A DNA stretch of 63,706 nucleotides, counting the filler, from Octopus bimaculoides (lineage: Eukaryota): assembly GCF_001194135.2 (NCBI RefSeq). It is 6 parts of 5 records of this genome, joined end to end, with 100 filler letters (N's around TTAATTAATTAA, not from the genome) between each part and the next. Parts side by side here need not be neighbours in the genome. Positions count along the whole stretch, not along the records: positions 24,711 to 28,381 come from NC_068997.1; positions 28,482 to 57,856 come from NC_068986.1; 4 more parts are not named here. One strand, given 5' to 3'. Under the pieces are notes generated by a model. It made no database searches. It had not been told where the DNA came from and worked only from the letters and a program-made list of their open reading frames with translations. Every line of letters starts with the position of its first letter. Within the stretch, counting starts at the first letter, position 1. This document shows, one piece after another, positions 27,225-40,179 of the stretch. Made by a program: the position numbers and the translations under genes.

Positions 27225-27420
27225 CCTCTCTCTCTCTCTCGTTCTCTCTTCCTCCCCTAAGTCACACTCAGTCCTTCACTCATTGACTTACCCATTCACT
27301 CACCCACTCACTCACTCACTCTTTCAATCACTCACTCACTCACTCACTCACTCACATTTTCCCTCTCTCTCCCAACGTCGCTCACTCACTTACTCTCTCA
27401 CTCTCTTTCTCTCTCTTCAA
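26340..27420. repeat. Polypyrimidine (CTT)n/(CT)n/(CTCA)n tract with an internal gap
   Basis: Direct inspection. Confidence 0.9.
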
Positions 27421-27544
27421 CTATATTCCCAATTCCCCCCCACCTACACTATTCATTCTAATTCAGACAGTCTTTAGGCTACACTTGATTGCTTTTCCAG
27501 TCTATTACCAGATACTTTCAAAGAGGACAGTCAATAAAACACAC

Positions 27545-27594
<50 letters not shown>

Positions 27595-28481
27595 ATAGTA
27601 GTAGTGGTGGTGGTGATAGTAGTAGCAGCAGTAATGGTTCTGGTATTCACAGCATCGAAGGCATTTTTTTTCTGCAAGCACTCTCACACAATTACACACA
27701 CAAATATACATACATACTCATATACATCTATGTATATACATATGTATATTTATATATACATAGACGTCAGCACACACACAAATGCTCCCCACACACATAC
27801 ATATACATATATATATATATATATATATATGCGTATGTACATATATACATACATAGATACACATATAATATGTGTGTGTGTGTGTGTGTGTGAAACGGAA
27901 AAGAAGAGATCGAAATCGGGTTGGGGCGTTATAAGAAGTGACGAAAGGAATTAGAGTATCAGAGAGAGAGAGCGAGAGAGGAGAAAGAGAGAGCGAGAGA
28001 GGAGAAAGAGAGAGGGAGAGAGAGAGAGAAAGAGAGAGGGAGGGAGAGAGAAAGTGAGAAGTACTTTTATTAGTTAATTAGTAAGCGGGGCATTGTAATT
28101 AGTGTAATTGAACAGAACAGCGAACATAACAATTTGCTCATCATTTAACTCTATTGTAAATTATTTTGTACAAAGTCTGCCTCGGGATTGAACCTCTTTC
28201 CAGCCATCATCACTCGAACATATCGTGTCTTTTATCCGACTGGCATAGAAACAATGTTGCGAGATAGATAGATAGATAGATAGATGTATGATTTATTTAT
28301 CTCGCAACATTGTTTCTATGCCAGTCGGATAAAAGACACGATATGTTCGAGTGATGATGGCTGGAAAGAGGTTCAATCCCGNNNNNNNNNNNNNNNNNNN
28401 NNNNNNNNNNNNNNNNNNNNNNNNNTTAATTAATTAANNNNNNNNNNNNNNNNNNNNNNNNNNNNNNNNNNNNNNNNNNNN

Positions 28482-28546
<65 letters not shown>

Positions 28547-29024
28547 TTAGATAGATAGATAGATAGGCAGGTAGGTATGTAGTGAAGTAGGTAAATAAGT
28601 AGTTAGGTAGGTAGGTAGGTAGGTAGGTAGGTAGGTAGAGTGTGAAATAATAAAGGGAGATGAGAAAGACAGAAAGACAGATGTAAAATAAATCAGTGAA
28701 TTAGTTGATAGAAGCATGTGTTAAATAGATCTGAACGGGAGAGAGAGTGGGGTGGAGGTGGGGGTGGGTGGGGGCAAGACGGNNNNNNNNNNATATGTCT
28801 GTCTTTCTGTCTGTCTGTCAGTTGTCTGTCTTCATTTCTTTATCACACTGTATATATATATACTGTTTGTTAAATACTCAGTTGTATATACATATACATA
28901 CATGCATACATACATACTACATGCATACATACATACATACATACATACATACATACATACACACTTGCAATAAACTGTTTTGTGGATGGTGATGTGAAAT
29001 TTTACGCGCGCGAATGTCTGTGCG

Positions 29025-29087
<63 letters not shown>

Positions 29088-29157
29088 TTAGATAGATAGA
29101 TAGATAGGCAGGTAGGTATGTAGTGAAGTAGGTAAATAAGTAGTTAGGTAGGTAGGT
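28482..29157. repeat. (GATA)n/(GGTA)n microsatellite blocks (similar arrays at about 32690-32870 and 39980-40180)
   Basis: Direct inspection. Confidence 0.9.
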
Positions 29158-29870
29158 NNNNNNNNNNNNNNNNNNNNNNNNNNNNNNNNNNNNNNNNNNN
29201 NNNNNNNNNNNNNNNNNNNNNNNNNNNNNNNNNNNNNNNNNNNNNNNNNNNNNNNNNNNNNNNNNNNNNNNNNNNNNNNNNNNNNNNNNNNNNNNNNNNN
29301 NNNNNNNNNNNNNNNNNNNNNNNNNNNNNNNNNNNNNNNNNNNNNNNNNNNNNNNNNNNNNNNNNNNNNNNNNNNNNNNNNNNNNNNNNNNNNNNNNNNN
29401 NNNNNNNNNNNNNNNNNNNNNNNNNNNNNNNNNNNNNNNNNNNNNNNNNNNNNNNNNNNNNNNNNNNNNNNNNNNNNNNNNNNNNNNNNNNNNNNNNNNN
29501 NNNNNNNNNNNNNNNNNNNNNNNNNNNNNNNNNNNNNNNNNNNNNNNNNNNNNNNNNNNNNNNNNNNNNNNNNNNNNNNNNNNNNNNNNNNNNNNNNNNN
29601 NNNNNNNNNNNNNNNNNNNNNNNNNNNNNNNNNNNNNNNNNNNNNNNNNNNNNNNNNNNNNNNNNNNNNNNNNNNNNNNNNNNNNNNNNNNNNNNNNNNN
29701 NNCGGGGAGAGGGTGACTGTGGTATGGTCTGCAGTGTGAGTGTGTGTGGGTGGGGCCTATCTTTTATTTGTGTAGAGAGATATGAAGAGTGTTGCGTAGA
29801 GTGGGGTATACTATGTGGTATGTCTGCTATAGAGCTGTATATGTTGAATGCTTTATATCCGTTGTGTAGT

Positions 29871-29906
<36 letters not shown>

Positions 29907-30009
29907 CGTATGTGTGTGCGTGTGTGAGACATGTGGCGGGATGTGATATCGTCTCGTCTTAGGGTATCATTGGGTTTTTGTGTCCCCTGTGTGCCCCATC
30001 CAGTCTAGT

Positions 30010-31780
30010 GACCCAACAGTTTCAAAGACGAACACAGAATTTGGTGCTTCAGATATGACCTGTTTTAAGGTAAATTTTGATCGTTGATTTTGAATATGCC
30101 GTCCGTTTTTGTCTACCTGATCGGCTACAAGAATTGAGGACAGCAAATCATTATTGTTGCCTTTTGGAGGAAAAAAAAAAGCTTTCATAGAAGAACGTAT
30201 TTATGATTAAATTACATCCACAGAAACAGATAAAAGTGAAACAAGCATAGAGAGTTATCATTGATACAATGTACATTTATTCAGATCTCTCACGAGAGTG
30301 GCATTTCAGAGAGTTCCTGTGGTGAGTTGCTCCATAACAACCATAGTGAATGATCTGTTATCTGCCATCATGTAGGTGCCCCAGTGTCACTGGTATCTTT
30401 GCACCATATTTCTTAAATCTTAGAGCAATCATCGCCTCGTTCATCACCTAGTAAAGAAAGGTCATCTGGGAAACGAGCCAAGCGGCTGTGGAGGCAATAC
30501 AGTCTGATGCTCATATCACAGCCTTGTTGACGGAAAGAAAACAGCATGCTCTCTACTTGTTCGGAGTAGTTCTGTTTTATGGCGTCCATGAAAATTTCTT
30601 ACAACCTGAGTGAAAACCATGCATCTACCTCAGCATTGTTCATTGAATGTTGGGGCGGCGAGCTGGCGGAAAAGTTAGCGCACCGGGCGAAATGCTTAGC
30701 GGTATTTCATCTGCCGTTACGTTCTGAGTTCAAATTCCGCCGAGGTCGACATTGCCTTTCACCCTTTCGGGGTCGATTAAATAAGTACCAGTTACGTACT
30801 GGGGTTGATGTAATCGACTTAATCCGTTTGTCTGTCCTTGTTTGTCCCCTCTATGTTTAGCCCCTTGTGGCCAATAAAGAAATTAGAAACGTTAGCGCAC
30901 CGGGCGAAATGCTTAACGGTATTTCGTCTGTCTTTACGTTCTGAATTCAAATTCTGCCGAGGTCGACATTGCCTTTCATCCTTTAGGGGTCGATTAAATA
31001 AGTACCAGTTACGTACTGGGTCGGTGTAATCGATTTAATCCCTTTGTTTGTCCTTGTTTGTTCCCTCTACGTTTAGCCCCCTGTGGGCAATAAAGAAATA
31101 ATTGTTCATTCAATGTTGGCAATGTGGGTCTTCCATGAGTTTCTTGATTTGTGACTCATCTAAGATACCGGCGTTCAGCTTCTCAATGCTCGGGCCTAGA
31201 AAAGCAGTTGCCTTTTTAGTTCGAACTCTTCAAAAACCGCTTCATTGAATCAAGTCTCCTCTGCGACGCTGGTAAAACAATCCCACCTCTGCCATCCAAG
31301 AGTTCTGTGATTACTTACTTTTCTCCAGCGACCATGTTTACTCCCGAGGGTCGTTGCTTTATCGCCCTGTGATCACACTTCGATCGACTATTCCAGAGAC
31401 AGATAAGGCAAGGATACTCTGCTAATCCAGGGTAAAAATTCACTATCTTATGATACAAACAGCTTAACCATTGGTGATCGTGATAGGGCGGTTGTTTCCA
31501 ACAGTTCAGTCATCTTAGTTGAGTTGCCAAATGCAGTTGATCCATATTGGTCACTATCGTGAAGAAGCACACATTTTAAAGTTCCTCTTAAAAGAATCTA
31601 TGAAGAACCACCATTCACTCTGTCTAGATTAAGTTATACTCACTTTCAACAGCAACTTGTGACCATCGTTGCAAACAGAAAAACGAAATAATTTTTCTTC
31701 GAGAAGAAAAGTGAATCCATTTCCCTATTGCGATAGATCGATATTTTGGTTAAGTGCATTATCTGGAAAACTAGAGATGT
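30010..31780 (-). mobile_element. DNA transposon relic, probably Chapaev3-like (CMC superfamily), transposase pseudogene
   Basis: Ordered minus-strand motifs YRNRE, EWWFFIDSFKR, KCVLLHD, YPCLICLWNSR, SIEKLNAGILDESQIKKLMEDP, MNNAEVDAWFS, MSIRLYCLHSRLARFP, GDERG. These match the recalled family motif string EWRLFIDSSK..YPCFLC.WDSR..GIF.GPQIR..MS.K.H.LHSHLD.FP..SDE.GERFHQ. Confidence 0.8.
30654..31100 (+). mobile_element. Head-to-tail family B SINE dimer inside a 19-bp target-site duplication
   Basis: ATTGTTCATT(G/C)AATGTTGG at 30635-30653 and 31101-31119; full copy to about 30886, then a copy lacking the first ~14 nt. Confidence 0.9.
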
Positions 31781-32431
31781 TTGAAACAAATGAACGCCAC
31801 ATTCAGTGGCGTGAATATAACAAGAATCGGGTCTAAAATCTGAGGCATCAAATAACTTTTTTTAATGGGTTCCCCACCGTAATCTAAGCATCCTGTGAAG
31901 CCCATGGAGATTGAGTTGGTAGGAGTCACAATACATTGCTTAGACCGAGGGCTACAGTACTGCTAAGACCTTCTGGTGGTGGTGGTAGTGGTGGTAGTGG
32001 CCGTGGTGGTGATGGTGGTTGGGGTCGTAATGGTGGTAGTGGTGGTGACTGTGGCGGCGTGATGGTGATTGCAGTGATGGTGGTAGTGGTGGTGGTGGTG
32101 GTGAGGTTGTGGTGGTGTATGGTGTGTGTGTTTGTGAAAGTAGTGTGTGTCTGAATGTGGCATAAAGTATTGTATTGTATATGTGTGTGCGTGTGTCTGC
32201 TCTGTTGGTGGTAGCATTTTGTGTGCTCTGGCTCTGCTGATTGCAGCTGTTGGAACTACAACAGCAACATCAACAATGACAACAACAATAACAATTACAA
32301 TAACAGAAGAAAAAAAAATCAACAGCGACAACAAGAATAACAACAATACTAATAATAGCAACGAAAAGCGAACGAGAAACAACATTAACAACTATGATAA
32401 CAGACACGGCAACAGCAACAACTGCGTACAG

Positions 32432-32515
<84 letters not shown>

Positions 32516-32758
32516 TATACATATATATATATGTATGTATATATATATGTATGTATATATGTATATATATGTATGTACGTATATATATATATATGTGTGT
32601 GTATATATGTACGTACACACACATATATATGCATGTATGTATGGGTATATGTATGTGTGTGCTTGTGTTTGTATATGCATATATTTATATAGATAGATAA
32701 ACAGACAGATAGACAGACAGACAGGCAGATAGATAAACAAACAGACAGACAGACAGAC

Positions 32759-32830
<72 letters not shown>

Positions 32831-33148
32831 TTATCGATTGACTGATTGATTGATTGATTGATACATTGCACATTCGTACAATGCACACACGTTCACACGC
32901 ACGGAATCTATATACATACGCAAATAGCCAATGTCCACTCGCACACACACACACACACATACATACACCAAAGTACACACTCACACACGCACATAAGCAT
33001 ACACACATACATACATGCACAAACATATACATTCATATGCACGCCGGCATACACAAATACACACACATACATACATACATACATACACACAGGCACGCAC
33101 AAACATACATACATACACACATATATTTATACATGTATACATACACAC

Positions 33149-33219
<71 letters not shown>

Positions 33220-33325
33220 NNNNNNNNNNNNNNNNNNNNNNNNNNNNNNNNNNNNNATACATATGCGAAAAAGAAACTGCGTTACTGGGAAAAACATTAA
33301 TATATAACAGTTTATGCACATGTTT

Positions 33326-33366
<41 letters not shown>

Positions 33367-33410
33367 TTAATAAAAATAATTGTAACAATAAAAACATAGT
33401 AGTCGTAGGT

Positions 33411-33459
<49 letters not shown>

Positions 33460-33899
33460 CAACAACAACGACAATAATCTACCTTTCTAGGCGTGATCTG
33501 TGGAGGTTTGACTGCCGATTCGACTAGTTTCAAAGACAATCTAAAATATTCTATATTGGCTCAAAATTCCAACACAGGACCACTTAAATTCTTAATTATC
33601 CTCCAATAAAACAGGTAAATCCGGCGAGCCAAGATGGCGATCACATAATCCTAAAGACTGTAACATAAATACTGCAGAACTTAACATTTAACAAAATAAT
33701 TGTTGGAGCCAAGAGAGAAAAAAAAAACTTATCTCAAAAGGAAACGTGAAAATAATAATAAAGTAAAGCCCTAATTACACAACTAAAATCCGAACCTGAT
33801 AAAAACTAAGGAAAACTTCAAACACAACTCACCATCGGCCACACGCAACTGGAACAAAACTCAGCATCAAGCAACTAAGGAGGGAAATGATAACAACAA

Positions 33900-33918
33900 C
33901 AACCACAACAACAACAAC

Positions 33919-33954
<36 letters not shown>

Positions 33955-34680
33955 CCGTGGATAAACAGAAATCTGGCATGCGTTTGTATCTAACATAACC
34001 AAAAATGCTGGTGTTTAAGAAACAACACAAAGTCCCTGGCTAGCTATGTAGTACACAAAACAACACTTGCAGAATTTACGATTTGCCAGATGGAGTAGGT
34101 AAGGGATCCGTCCTCTTACCCACGCCTTTTATCTTAAATCTAAACCCCCTCTTCTAACATCCAGGAAGATACATACAGCACTGTATGCGAATGAAATCAC
34201 ATTCATATCCTCCAATCATCCCGTTGACAACTGCCGTACAACTTTTTCAAATATGTATCAATCACATCGAGGACCTGGTTCCTAATAAATAAACGTGGAG
34301 TAACATCTGCCACATCCAGTTTCCTTTCTTATCAGCATCACCAGAGGACATTAGATACACCCAACCGTTACACTGCATAACACAGACATACTTCAAGAGA
34401 AGATAATAAACATGTCCACAACAATTGCAATACGCAGACGACACCGTAAAAAAAAAAGCAAGCCGACGTTGAAACATTAAACACTGACGGTCACCATATT
34501 TGGGCAATACAAATAAACAACAATATGTGTGTACAAACAATGCATTAGACTCATCATGAATTTTGACAGCTTTACCTAGGTTCCTAATTTAAAGAGAATA
34601 TAAACCATTGTAATGAGGGGCTGATTCCCAGTCGCTCTGGGCGATGAGTATTCAGTTGTTCGACCAACTGAATAAAAGTT
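33900..34680 (+). mobile_element. Penelope-like relic (weak)
   Basis: Fragments such as HHIWAIQ and LNPLL resemble PLE motifs; ends in a hairpin-containing tail. Confidence 0.3.
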
Positions 34681-34784
34681 AATGTTTATTCAGTGCAGTA
34701 AAGAATTTCCAAAGTGCATTATCCCAGATAATATCCTTTGATTTTGTACGGTGGAAATACAAAAAGTATGCTTGGTATAAACAC

Positions 34785-34815
<31 letters not shown>

Positions 34816-36849
34816 GATGGGAGTTTATAGATATGAATAACTTTAACCTTAAGAATTATGGTAAAAGAATATCTAAGTTTGGATCTTAAAATTATAAACA
34901 TATTGATAATGTTAATTTTACGAAAAGGTCTATGTAAATAATAGAAAGAATAAATCAAGGAATATTATCTGATATAATGCACCATTCACATCTTACATCA
35001 CTACTAATATTCCTCGGAGTTCTTTGCTGCACAAGATAAATAATTTAATCGCCATAGATTAAAATTTTCCTATTCAGCCAACAAAGAATTTGGCTGAAAT
35101 TATTGCAGCACATTACAAATGTAAAATTAGACAATATCTCAACTCAAAATTAGTAAACACGAGTAGAACCGAAAGGGTCAATTATGAGATAATTTTCCTG
35201 AACTAGTTTTTGATGCCTTAGTCGAAAGTAATACCAATATAAAATTTATAGGACCTTCAAGATAATACCTAGTAATAACATTAATTATAATATTGCTTAT
35301 AGTTCCGGTTTAACACCTTATTCTGATCGCAGAATTCGTACTAATTTCTTTGACCATGAGTGTTACATACGAGTGAATAAACAGCTTTTGTAATTCTAGA
35401 AACAAAATTATATGTCCTTTAAAAAGTCAGTGTTTAAGGAAGAGTATAATATATCAATGTAAAATAATTGCAGGGGATCGTACATATTATTATATAGGTT
35501 CTTCTGCTACAATTTGGAAATCGACATTACATAACCATTTTACATTTAAGTTTAGAAGAAAATATAATTCTACGAATCTTAGTAAATGCATTTGGGATTT
35601 GAAAACAGTAACACTGACTGAGATATAAAGTGATCCATTATTAATTATGCTCCATCATTCAATACTGGTAATTTTAAATGTGACCTTTGCCTAGAAGAAA
35701 AGTTTTACATAATTACTTCAAAATTAAAATTATTAAATTGTAGACTCAATCTTACGTTGAAATGTTCCCATCTATAAAAAAGTATTTAAATGTTTCAATT
35801 GTAAATAACGCTTCAATTGTAATTTCTTTTCTTATAATCTAATCAGCATAATTTTTCAAAATTTTTTAGAGTATATAAATAGTTAGATATAAATGTTGTG
35901 ACGTAGAATATCAGTCTATTTTTTATTCTTTCCTTATCAACTGACGTCATCATAAGTTTAAATACTAAACTGGCTTTTCTTAGAGTATTATATTTCTTCT
36001 TAACGTTCTTTTTGTGTGTGTTCATGTATTATGGATATTATTTCGGTTCCCTTTGAATTTATTGGTATCTGATTATTTGATATAGTTAACCAAGTTCGTT
36101 TAACAATGTTTGCTTTCTAGATAATTGCATGGATTTATTAATCCCTTTACCACACACACACACACATACACACACACACACATTTATATACATACACGCA
36201 ACGTAGACATATGTTCATGGGGGTTAGAGCTTGCGTAATGTACCATATCGCATGTAATACATATTACGCATTTCACATTTATTGCAGCGTTTGTAAACTG
36301 CAGAACTGCATTAAAGAACACATTTACATAAATATATTTCTGTAAGAAAACATCTGGTAGGATGTCAAGAAACCAGGACATTGCGGTCACCATCAAAGCT
36401 GCAGGATGGGATACGGGAAAAGATTAAAGAAGTTGGCTTTACTTTTAAAAATTAATTGGTTCATGTAAACATTACCCATCTGCACTCGTTCCTAACCCCA
36501 ACCTCCATATGCTTGCACTTATCAATTAACATCAGTCCTTATCATCTCTTGATAAGGGATTTAAAGAAAAAAAAGAAACATAGATATATGTAAGTATAAA
36601 CCTTTGCTTTTGTTTTCGTTTGATTCCTTTATTTCCAATTTTTGAAGTGGTTTCCTCCGACACTTTCGCATGTGTGTGTGTGTGTGTGTATGTGTGTACT
36701 CACGAGTGCGTTTATGCACTACAAGTTCTTTCATGGTAAATAACATAGTATCCCGCTTTCTAACACAACATCCACTTAAAGTGGAAGATGAATATTTCCT
36801 TTTGGTACCAATGCTGCTTCTGTCGCTATTTGATCCTGTGAACGATGAA

Positions 36850-37470
36850 AAGCGGAATGGCTGTTGAGAGGCGGCTGCAGAGTTACCCGTGTGCCAAAGA
36901 TCCCTCCCCATTTCAGTTACGAAGAAGCAAGGTATCATCATATGGTGTGCAAGAAAGAAAATAGTAAACCTGGTCCAGTTAACAGTTGCTCGTAAAGATA
37001 ATATGAACGCCGTTCGAACTCGAAAGATCGACCGTTATAAAAAAAACTCGTCGAGGAACGTGAAAATGCAGGCTGGAAAGAAGAGCATTTTCCAATCGAA
37101 GCTGGATGTAGAGGGTTCACTGGACACACTGTGAGGTGATGTTATTGTGGTTGTCGCTGGGCCTAACCCATCTTAAAGCAAGTGCCATCATGAGTGATAT
37201 CCAGACTGCAATGAAGAAGGCAAGCCACTGGATTTGGTTGAAAAGAGACAATGAGTAATAGCTAGAAGAATACTGAGCGAAGCCTAGTGACCACTTGATC
37301 TAGCAAACGGGCCTCATCTCAGTGAGGGGAGCCGTGGCACAGTGATGCCATCGAGAAGACTCCGAAACGGCACACATTCCCTCCTGATTATCCTATAAGC
37401 TTACTAGCATCCGGTATGCGGAGCTTTCAACTGGCAGCACTTGCAGCTGCATGTTGTTTGTAAAAAATGT
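36850..37470 (+). mobile_element. HERO-like LINE 3' end (restriction-like endonuclease) with (TGTA)n tail
   Basis: GIIIWCARKKIVNLVQLTVARKDNM..RKIDRY..LVEERENAGWKEEHFPIEAGCRGFTGHTV..ASHWIWLKRD; matches PD..W..LELTVPWE..E.GCRGF..W.W.KR. Confidence 0.8.
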
Positions 37471-37953
37471 ATGTATGCATGTATGTATGTATGTATGTAT
37501 GCATGTATGTATGTGTATATATATTAAATGGTTCATGTGGGCATTACCCATCTGCTTTCGTCCCTAACCCCAACCTTCATATACTATCTCTAAAGATATC
37601 TGAACAGCGGTAATAAACAACCCTGAGGAAGTTGCAACGATAACTAACACCAAGATGCACACTTAACAGTGTGCAACGAATTGCAGCGGAAACTCACGTA
37701 GGTCTAAGTGAAGAGCGATGTCACTAACTGTATAATAAAACTTGGATGTGCAAATTTTCGTTCTTCTGATCTTCATTAATTCCATTGTTTTCTCTACGGA
37801 AATTATACAGTTCTTATAACAACATTAGGATTTACCAAGTAAGGATTTACCAAGTATAAGTAAATCTTAACTAACTTGAGTTTCGTCATTGACAACCGAT
37901 AAGAGCGAACACGGTAATCGCCAGGATTATATATCCCTCGAAACCATTTTTGG

Positions 37954-38012
<59 letters not shown>

Positions 38013-39825
38013 TAAACCAAACCCCTTGTTTTTACTATCTTAATTTCTTCTTTGTTCTTTCCCTCTTAACTCGGTATGACTGAAATTTCGATGATATTCA
38101 TTTCTTGTCGATCACTATTAACACTAATGAACTTTGTACATTCACACAAATTGATACACAGTTTTAATATTACTGACTCTTATGAACATTTAAACTTGTC
38201 AACATCGTAATTTTTAAACATGTTTTTCTAATTCATAATTCTAAACTTTTACCATTGAGAAACAAAAAATACTGTTGAAACTAGTTTGTTATATATGTAA
38301 ATAAATGTATTTTAAACAATTACAAGTTTTTCAAATTTAGGTGCATTTTCAACAACAAATTTGCCTATATTTTTTCCTGCGTGGAAATACACCGCCTCTT
38401 TTGTGTTATATATNNNNNNNNNNNNNNNNNNNNNNNNNNNNNNNNNNNNNNNNNNNNNNNNNNNNNNNNNNNNNNNNNNNNNNNNNNNNNNNNNNNNNNN
38501 NNNNNNNNNNNNNNNNNNNNNNNNNNNNNNNNNNNNNNNNNNNNNNNNNNNNNNNNNNNNNNNNNNNNNNNNNNNNNNNNNNNNNNNNNNNNNNNNNNNN
38601 NNNNNNNNNNNNNNNNNNNNNNNNNNNNNNNNNNNNNNNNNNNNNNNNNNNNNNNNNNNNNNNNNNNNNNNNNNNNNNNNNNNNNNNNNNNNNNNNNNNN
38701 NNNNNNNNNNNNNNNNNNNNNNNNNNNNNNNNNNNNNNNNNNNNNNNNNNNNNNNNNNNNNNNNNNNNNNNNNNNNNNNNNNNNNNNNNNNNNNNNNNNN
38801 NNNNNNNNNNNNNNNNNNNNNNNNNNNNNNNNNNNNNNNNNNNNNNNNNNNNNNNNNNNNNNNNNNNNNNNNNNNNNNNNNNNNNNNNNNNNNNNNNNNN
38901 NNNNNNNNNNNNNNNNNNNNNNNNNNNNNNNNNNNNNNNNNNNNNNNNNNNNNNNNNNNNNNNNNNNNNNNNNNNNNNNNNNNNNNNNNNNNNNNNNNNN
39001 NNNNNNNNNNNNNNNNNNNNNNNNNNNNNNNNNNNNNNNNNNNNNNNNNNNGAAGTAGCGTCTACATGGTCTCTCAATGCACTAGAAATACCACCCAAGT
39101 CTGCCTCAATTCACTTTCCTATTACAATAAAAGATCTCACAGAACAGTGTTGTTCTAGATATAGAAAAGAATCGGTTGATCATCATAGGTTTGCACAATC
39201 GAAGCAGGCCTGTGGCTAAACAAGAACAAAGACGACATGTAATATGTCTGAGACTTTAGCGCTTTAGGCAGTGACGATGCCGTTGCGTAGCTAGTTGGAG
39301 GGGGGGGGACGATGCTTTGGGTTTGCTGCACAAGCCTTTACAGGCTTGGTGAGGGTCCGGGGTGGCGAAGGGTGGAAAACTCAAATGCTGTTCCAGATGG
39401 CGCAAGCAGCCTTGATACATCACTGTAGGGATGGGGTCATATACTAATGGCGTAAAGTCTGTGGGGTTAAGGTTCATTCGGAGACAACAGCAACAACAAC
39501 TTCTACAACTTCATGCACCTATACCACAACAGTGTTTATCCCTGAATTGCTACCACAACAATAAAATACCACTAACACCACAATTACAGCAACAGCAAAA
39601 TACTACTACCACTACACTGACATCCACACCAGCACCACCAACACTACTACTACTACTACTACATCAGTACCCTCACGATCACCATTACCACAAAAGCAAC
39701 ATACTGCCTCGCCCCACCACCACCACCACCACAATACTCTAGGCATCCGATGACGTCACTGAAAGTTGAATGTTAAAAATGTTTAAATCTTACTGGACAA
39801 ATATCATACATACTCCCTCACTCTT

Positions 39826-39871
<46 letters not shown>

Positions 39872-40062
39872 ACTGTCGTGCGCACACATAAACACACAAA
39901 CAACTACATACACAGACACACACATACATACATTCACACGCAGGTACATTCATACAGGCAGAGATACACACATACCAACAGTAGGTAGGTAGGTGGGTAG
40001 GTAGCTCGATAGATAGATAGATAGATAGAGAGAGAGATAGATAGACAGACAGATAGAAAGAC

Positions 40063-40113
<51 letters not shown>

Positions 40114-40148
40114 AGGATGGATGGATAGATAGATAGATAAACAGACAT

Positions 40149-40179
<31 letters not shown>

